DNA of 57,066 nt from Bacteroidales bacterium (GTDB taxonomy: Bacteria > Bacteroidota > Bacteroidia > Bacteroidales > VadinHA17). Below are positions 28,573-36,600 of this stretch, piece by piece. The notes below the pieces were generated by a model. That model had not been told where the DNA came from and made no database searches. It saw nothing but the letters and a program-made list of their open reading frames with translations. Position numbers and translations under genes: made by a program. Location: NCBI GenBank assembly GCA_035354395.1, contig DAOQAX010000001.1, positions 1-57,066 on the forward strand. Reading direction: 5' to 3'. Positions within the stretch are counted from its first letter, which is position 1, and every line of letters begins with the position of its first letter.

Positions 28573-29334
28573 CTAAATTTTTCTTTCATTTATTTCATTG
28601 ATCATTATCAATTTTAGCCTTGTTTCCTTTGGAACAGCAACGCTGATAAAATAGTCAAGGACTTTAAATGAGTAGATAAGCTGTTTATCAGAAACAGGCC
28701 TTGCATATTTATTATACAGCAACTCTTTTTTCATATAATTCCTGCTCTGAGACACCTCAACAGAGGGCAGTTCAGCAATAATACCCACTCCAATAGCTTT
28801 AAGCAAGGCTTCTTTTCTTGTCCATAACCTGAAGAAATTATCCTGCAGGTTTTGATCTTTAATCAACGAGGCCCGCTCTTTTTCACTGAAAGCAATTCTG
28901 GCCACTGAGTCTATATCAATTTTTTGTAAAGTATACTCAATATCGATGCCTGAGGGGTAATACTCCGAGAGCACTATTACAAATGCATTTTTTGTGTGAG
29001 AGATATTAAAATAATACTTATCACCTTCCAGCCAGGGCTTGTTGTTCTCATCAATGTAAAAGTCTATTTCGGATGGTTCAATACCCAGTTTACAGGCCAG
29101 AATCTTTCTAAGAAAACCATGACTGGTAATGAAAGTAAACCTGTCTTCAGCAAATTTAAATTTATCTGCTCTTGATCGTTCGTTATCAGACAAAACCTGT
29201 TCATAATCAGCTGCTTTGTCACAAAGCTCATCAACTAACCCAAAATAAACTTCTGTTTCAGTTTCAGACGACAAAGCTGTATCCCCGGTATCAGGTTGAA
29301 AGCAGCATTCAATAGCTTCTGTAAAAGGGTACAC
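28573..29334 (-). CDS. Sfp-type 4-phosphopantetheinyl transferase
   Basis: Motifs GIDIEY, FSEKERASL and WTRKEALLKAIGVGI. The GTG start at 29334 lies 4 nt after the NRPS stop codon (29338-29340). Confidence 0.85.
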   Translation of the reverse strand: MYPFTEAIECCFQPDTGDTALSSETETEVYFGLVDELCDKAADYEQVLSDNERSRADKFKFAEDRFTFITSHGFLRKILACKLGIEPSEIDFYIDENNKPWLEGDKYYFNISHTKNAFVIVLSEYYPSGIDIEYTLQKIDIDSVARIAFSEKERASLIKDQNLQDNFFRLWTRKEALLKAIGVGIIAELPSVEVSQSRNYMKKELLYNKYARPVSDKQLIYSFKVLDYFISVAVPKETRLKLIMINEINERKI

Positions 29335-29337
29335 TTT

Positions 29338-30642
29338 CTATTTTTGCATTAAAGCTTCAACATTTTCAGCAAGTTCCTTAACTCTTGGTGCTTTCAGGAA
29401 AATTTTCAGAGGTAAATTAACATTAAACTCTGATCTGATTCTTGAAATCATAGTTACTGCTTTAAGTGAATCGCCTCCCAAATCAAAGAAGTTATCATTG
29501 ATTGAAATATTTTCATGCTTCAATATTTTGCACCAGATGTCATAAATAGCTGATTCCATCGGTGAAAGAGTTTCATTTGTTTCAATCTCGCTATCCAAAA
29601 GGTCAGATTGGTTAAACTTTAACGCCTTTCTGTCTACTTTCCTGTTTGGAAGACGTGGTAACTCCTTACATATTTGAAATAAAGATGGATGCATATATGA
29701 AGGAAGTTCTCTTGATATGCTCTCAATTATTTTTGCTTTGGAAAGCTCCGCTCTGGCATCCGGAACGACAAAGGCAATTAGTCTTAAGTCGTTCTCTTCT
29801 ATTTCGCAGAGTTTAACTACAGCATCACTTATTTCCGGGATCTTGTTAAGTTGATTTTCAATTTCACCAAGTTCAATTCTAAAACCTCTCAGTTTAACCT
29901 GGTTATCAATCCTGCCAAACAATTCGATATTGCCATCATAAAGAAATCTACCTAAATCTCCGGTTTTATAAATAAGGCCCTTACTATCCAATTGCAGGAA
30001 TTTTTCAGCATTTAGTTCAGGTCTGTTATGGTATCCTTTAGTTACTCCAAGGCCTCCGATAGCTACTTCGCCGATAACTCCCAAAGGAAGTTCCTTATTG
30101 TTTTTGTCAAGTATATGTACTGTAGTGTTGTTTATTGGTTTACCTACAATTATAGGTGCTTCAGGGTCAGTTATCCGATAGCAGGTTGACCATACTGTTG
30201 TTTCTGTAGGACCATACATATTCCATAGTGTGCCTACCCTGGCAAGAAGTTCTTTAACCAAAGAAGGGACTATGGCTTCGCCTCCTGATAAGGCTTTCAG
30301 ATTTTTCTTTCCGGTCCATCCGTCAGCTATCATCAAATTCCAGGTTGCAGGGGTAGCCTGCATCACAGTAATATCATACTTCTCAAGGAGCTTATATAGC
30401 GCATGGCCATCAATAATATTTTCTGATGACGCCATCACCACCTGTGCACCATTGGATATGGGAAGGAACAGCTCCAGCACTGATATATCAAATGATAAAG
30501 TGGTTACTGCCAGCAACCGGTCTTCACCGGTAAGTCCGGGAGTATCCTTCATGCTTAACAGAAAATTCACTACTGCCTGATGATGTACCTTTACTCCCTT
30601 TGGCTTCCCGGTTGACCCTGAGGTATAAATCAGATAAGCAAG
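29338..30642 (-). repeat. Copy 1 of the duplicated A(core)-T segment (C-terminal 434 aa of NRPS-B)
   Basis: It aligns without gaps to the C-terminal 434 aa of the PKS-NRPS (38943-40247). By manual count, 338 of 434 residues are identical. Nucleotide similarity is visibly high at the 3-prime ends. Confidence 0.85.
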
Positions 30643-33600
30643 AGATTGATTACTGATAACCACGTCAGGATTGTTCGAATCGCACCGGTCTATTTTGCCT
30701 CTCTCAGCATCCAGCAGAATCATTCTCTTTTCCGCTGATATGCCAACAAATTTGCTTTTTAATGAGTTCTGGGTAATCAGAATATCAGCTCCGGAGTCTT
30801 CAAACATATAAATCAGCCTGTCGTCCGGGAATGATGGATCCATAGGCAGGTAACAGCATCCTGACTTAAGCACTCCCAATACCGTCACCAGCATCTCAGC
30901 TGTCCTTTCCAGGCTTACTCCGATTGCATCTCCTGGTTTTACTCCCAGGGAAATCAGGTAATGAGCAAGCTGATTCGCTTTTGAATTCAGCTCTTTATAG
31001 GTTATTTGCAACCCTTCAGATATTACTGCAATCTTCCTTGAATTCCGGTCAACCTGCTCTTCAAATAAATTATGCACAACGCAGTCCGGCATGCTTACAC
31101 CGGTATCATTAAACTCAGCAAGTTGTTTTCTTTCATTATCAGAAATAACTGACAGCTCGGCAAGGGAAAGATCGGGAGCTGACACGAATGTCTCAAGCAC
31201 ATGGATAAATGCATCTTTCAGACGAATTGCCGTATTCCTGTTTATGAGATCCATGTTGTACTCCAATAACCCATGTATACAACCATCTGCTTCCCAAAGG
31301 CTCAATATAATATCAAAGGAAGTGGTTCTTTCCTCATTTGAAATCTGTGTACTTTTTATTCCATCGAGTCGTACAGGTACCCCAAGGTTATCCTGCCATG
31401 CAAAAACCACCTGGAACAATGGGTTTACATTCAACGCCCTCTCCGGATTTACTATGTCTACAACTTTATCAAAAGAAATATCCTGATGGCTTATAGCATC
31501 CATCGTCATGTTATGAGTAAATCTAAGGATATCCCTAAAAGTCTGCTCCTTTGAATATATGAGCCTGGCGACCACGTTATTGACAAACATCCCAAAGATA
31601 TTCTCAAGCTTTGAATGTGGCCTGTTTGTTACCCATAAACCAACGTTTAAGTCGTCCTCACCTGAATATTTATGTAATTCAATCCCATAGACACTTAAAA
31701 GAGTTGTATACAATGACACCCCTTCTGTTCTGCTAATTTCCTTAAGGCGTTGGGTAAGTTCCCTGGGTACAAATATTTCTTCATGGGCGCCCCTGTTTGT
31801 TGCCTGAACTTTTCTCTGGTAATCATATGGGAAGTTCAGTACCGAAGAACATCCCTGAAGGTTCTTTTTCCAGTATTCGGCAGATTTCCTGATTCGTTCA
31901 GAATCCCTGGTATCATGTTCCCATTTTGCATAATCGTATTCCTGAAACTCCAGTTCCGGAAGATATGGTTCCGCACCTGTCAAAAAACTATGGTAAATCG
32001 CACTTAAGTCATTTACAAATACGGACCACGACCATCCATCAAAAATGATATGATGGAAACTTATATGAAAATAATACTCTTCAGCTCCTGTAACAGCAAG
32101 CCAATGCCTGAACATAGGACCTTCCGCCAGATTGAATACCTGCATGGAATCTTCATCAAGAAGCTTCCGGATTCTCTCCTCCCTCTTCCCCTCAGGTTGA
32201 GTTTTTAAATCAATAACAGGAAGATCAATTGTTTTAGGTACTATTTCAAAATATGGAGTTCCATTTGACTCTTTTATGACAGAATAGACTACATAATGCC
32301 TCTTGAAGAGTTTATCAAGGCTCCTCCTGAAAATATCAATATCAAGTTTGCCAGTCAGCTTAAAGGTATATGGGATAATGTATGATGGCATATCCGGATC
32401 TATTTTGGATATAAGCCATAATCTCTCCTGATTGGCAGTCAATGGCAGATTGGTCATTTCCGGCAGATGAACCAGTTTAAATGAATCATCCTTCCCGGAA
32501 ATATTATTATCAATAAAATCAGCCAATCCGCTAAATGAAGAATTAGATCGTATTTCCCTGAAGGCTATTTTAACACCAAACTCTTCCCTGATCTTATTTA
32601 CCAGTCTGATAGCAAGAAGTGAGTTGCCCCCTATATTAAAGAAATCATCATTAACACCTATAGAACTTGTTTTCAAGATAGCACACCAGATATTATATAG
32701 TCTCTTCTGTGTCTCACTGAGTGCATTAAGGTCTGTCTCTGAAAGAGGCTCTGACTCTTCTATCTCATACAAGAGGGCTTTCTTGTTTATTTTTCCGTTT
32801 GGCAGTCGTGGGAAGCCATCCATCATCTTGTAATATGACGGGACCATATACCCTGGCACCTGTTGTGACAGGTGAGATATCAGTTCATCTCTTGTCAGTT
32901 TAAACTCAGGCCTGGTATTTAAGTAAGCTACAAGTCGTTCATCGCCTTCACCAAATCGCTGAAGCTTGACAACAGCTTCCCTGACTCCGGTTTCTCTTGA
33001 AAGAAGTATTTCGATCTCGCCGGGTTCAATCCTGAATCCTCTCAGTTTTATCTGATTATCAGCTCTCCCGAAAAGCTCAATATTTCCATCACTTAAGAAA
33101 CGACCCAGGTCACCGGTTTTATACATTCGCACGCCATCTTCCCTTTCAATAAATTTTTCAGCTGTCAGATCCGGCCGGTTACGATATCCCTGTGCAACAC
33201 CTGATCCGCTTATGCATAATTCCCCTACTGCTCCTAAAGGAAGAAGATTGTTGTTTTTATCAAGTATAAAGGCCCTGGTATTATTTATTGGTTTACCTAT
33301 GTGAATTACCGATTCAGGATCATTTATCCTTGTGCATGTGGCATAGACTGTAATTTCAGTAGGCCCATAACAATTCCAGAATTCTGATACTCTGGGTAAC
33401 ATTTGTTGTATCAATGCCGGGCTCACAGGCTCTCCTCCACATAATGCCTTAAGGTCACTTTTCCCTTTCCATCCGGCTGACAGAAGAATGTTCCAAAGCG
33501 AAGGAGTGGCCTGAATAACACTGATATCATAATTGTCGATAAGTTCAATCAGCGACTGGCCGTTTGTAATATCCTGGGTGGAAGCCACCACCAGGGTCGC

Positions 33601-36600
33601 TCCGTTAAGAAGGGTGGTGAATATTTCATACACCGACATATCAAATGATAATGTCACTACTGCAAGCAATCTCTCCTTTTCAGAGAAGCCCGGAGTAACA
33701 GTCATGCTCTTTACCAGGTTTACAACTGACCGGTGAGTAATTGGAACCCCTTTGGGACGACCGGTGGATCCGGAGGTATAAATAATATATGCAAATGAAT
33801 CAGGAGTAGCTGTAACTTCAGGTCGTGATACAGGAAAACCTGAAATTGCATTCCAATCTTTATCAATTAATATTGCTGACACTCCACTAAACGAGTCAAA
33901 CGCCTCAGCAAGTGAACCTTGCGATATCATCACCTTCGAACCTGCGTCCTCAAGCATAAAATTAAGTCGTTCACCCGGGAACAAAGGATCAAGGGGAAGA
34001 TAGCAACATCCTGCCTTTAAGATTCCCAAAACAGCAACGATCATTTCAACATTACGCTCCATGTAAATACCCACTATCTCACCCGGTTTCACGCCAACAG
34101 AAAGCAGATAATTAGCCAGCTGATTGGATCTCTCATCCAGCTGCTTATACGTTAAGCTTTCAACACCCGAGATAACCGCGGGTTTATCGTGATACTTAAC
34201 CGATATATTTTCAAGTTCCTGATGTAAGGTTTGCTCAGGTATGATTGCATCCGTACTGTTAAACTCCAAAAGCTCCCTTATATCATTTTCTGTTGCAACA
34301 GACAGGTTTGAAATGGTTTTATCAGGATTTGTAACAAGATTATTAATCAGAGCAATATAACTATCCCTGATCCTTAAGATAGTCTCCTTCCTAAGAAGGT
34401 CAGAGTTATATTCTATCTCTCCCTCAATAACATCTCCATTCTCCCACAAATAAAGAGAGAGATCAAAAATAGGAGCACGATCTTTTGCCCTTACACTCTC
34501 TGTTGTTATCCCTTCAAAAGTCAGCGGTTTATTAAGGTTATTCTGCCAGACAAAGCCAACCTGGAACAATGGATTAGCGGTAGAGTTACGATCCGGGTTT
34601 ACTATCTCCACCACTTTCTCAAATGGCAGATCCTGGTGCGCAATTGCTGATAATGCCGAACCATTTGTTGCGCGAATCAGACTTTTAAAAGTATCCCCCT
34701 CTTCAAACTGCAGGCGAACCACAACAGTATTGACAAACATGCCAAAAATGTTCTCCAGACCGGGATGAGGCCTGTAGGCTATTGGCAATCCAATATTCAG
34801 ATCATCATCACCGGAATATTTATTCATCTGTATTCCAAATGCTGCCATCAGTGTAGTGAAAAGAGATGCCCCGGCATCCCTGGAAACGCTCCTGATCTTA
34901 TCTGACAATAATTCAGGTATACTGATGGCCTCGAAGCTACCCCTCCCGGTTGGTTTATTGATACGCTGGAAATCATATGGAAAATTCAGAATCGGAGAAC
35001 ATCCCTGCAGTGTCGTTTTCCAGAATTCAATTGATTTGGTTTTATCTGCGATATCGTCAACAGTGGTTTCCCAACCGGCATAATCGTATTGCTGAAACTC
35101 TATTGCATCAAGGTTTGGAGCTTCTCCCTTTACAAGACTATTGTATATTGCACTCAGGTCATCAACCATTACTCCCTGAGACCAGCCATCAAAAACAATA
35201 TGATGAATACTCAGATTAAAATAATGCTCATCCGGAGCAGTCTTTATAAGGGATACACGGAACAATGGCCCGCGTGATAAGTCAAACGGAAGTTTTGAAT
35301 CCTCTGCTAAAAAGTCAGCAACACTATTTAATTTTTCACCTTCATTTATTGAGGTAAAATCAATCAATGGAAGAGTAATATGTTTTTCTGAAATGTTAAA
35401 GTAAGGCTCACCATTTTCTTCATGAATTTCAGAGAACACAATATGATGTCTATGGAATAATGCATTCAGGCTCTTCTCAAACACCTCCGTGTTCAGGTTT
35501 CCTTTTAACCTGTATGTCGACTTGATAATATAATATGGGATATCAGGTTCCGATTGTGAAATGAGCCAGATCCTTTTCTGATTTCTTGTCAATGGCAGCC
35601 CGGATGACTCTTGTAAATGGACCATATCCATTGGTTTTGCCGATCCGAGCACCTGCTTATCAAGGTATGCGCTTAATTGAGCAATTGTTGAGTTGGCAAC
35701 CAAATCCCTGAAGTTGATTGTTATGCCAAACTCACTCCATATCTGATTTATAAGCCTGATGCCAAGAAGTGAGTTACCGCCGGCATCAAAAAAGTCAACA
35801 GAGATTGAAAGCTTTTGCAGCTTAAGGATTGACGACCAAATAGAATATATCTTTTTCTGAGTCTCAGTGAGAGTAGCAAAATCTGCTTCAGCTGTCCTCT
35901 CCTGGTCAGATTCTATAGTTTCATATACCAGAGCTTTTTTATCTATCTTCCCATTTGGCAGCCTGGGGAAACCATCCATTATCCTGAAATATGATGGCAC
36001 CATATACCCGGGCACATGTTGTGAAAGGTATGATATCAGTTCATCTCTTGAATGTTCAGCGTCAGGCTCAGCATTAATGAATGCTACAAGCCGCTCGTCG
36101 CCTTCACTGAATTTTTGTAGTTTAACAACAGCCTCTCTGACGCCAGTCAGGCGTGCAATAAGAGTTTCAATTTCACCCGGCTCTATTCTGAATCCCCTTA
36201 GTTTGATCTGATTATCGATCCTTCCAAATAGTTCGATATTACCGTCTTCGAGGAACCGGCCAAGGTCTCCGGTTTTATAAATAATTCCCTGGCCATTAAG
36301 CGGGATAAACTTCTGGGAGGTCAAATCAGGTAAATTGTTATACCCTTTTGTTACACAGTCACCTCCTATTGCCACCTCTCCAATTACACCAACAGGAAGT
36401 GGCATGTTGTTTTTATCCAGTATAAATATCTTTGTGTTATCCAGCGGTTTACCTATGACAATAGGTGCATCTGCATCGGTAACCCTTCCGATAGAGGCAT
36501 ATACTGTGGTCTCTGTCGGGCCATAGCAATTCCAGAATTCAGCAACTTTAGGAAGCACCTGGCTAACAAGTGATTGTGTCAATGCTTCTCCGCCACATAA

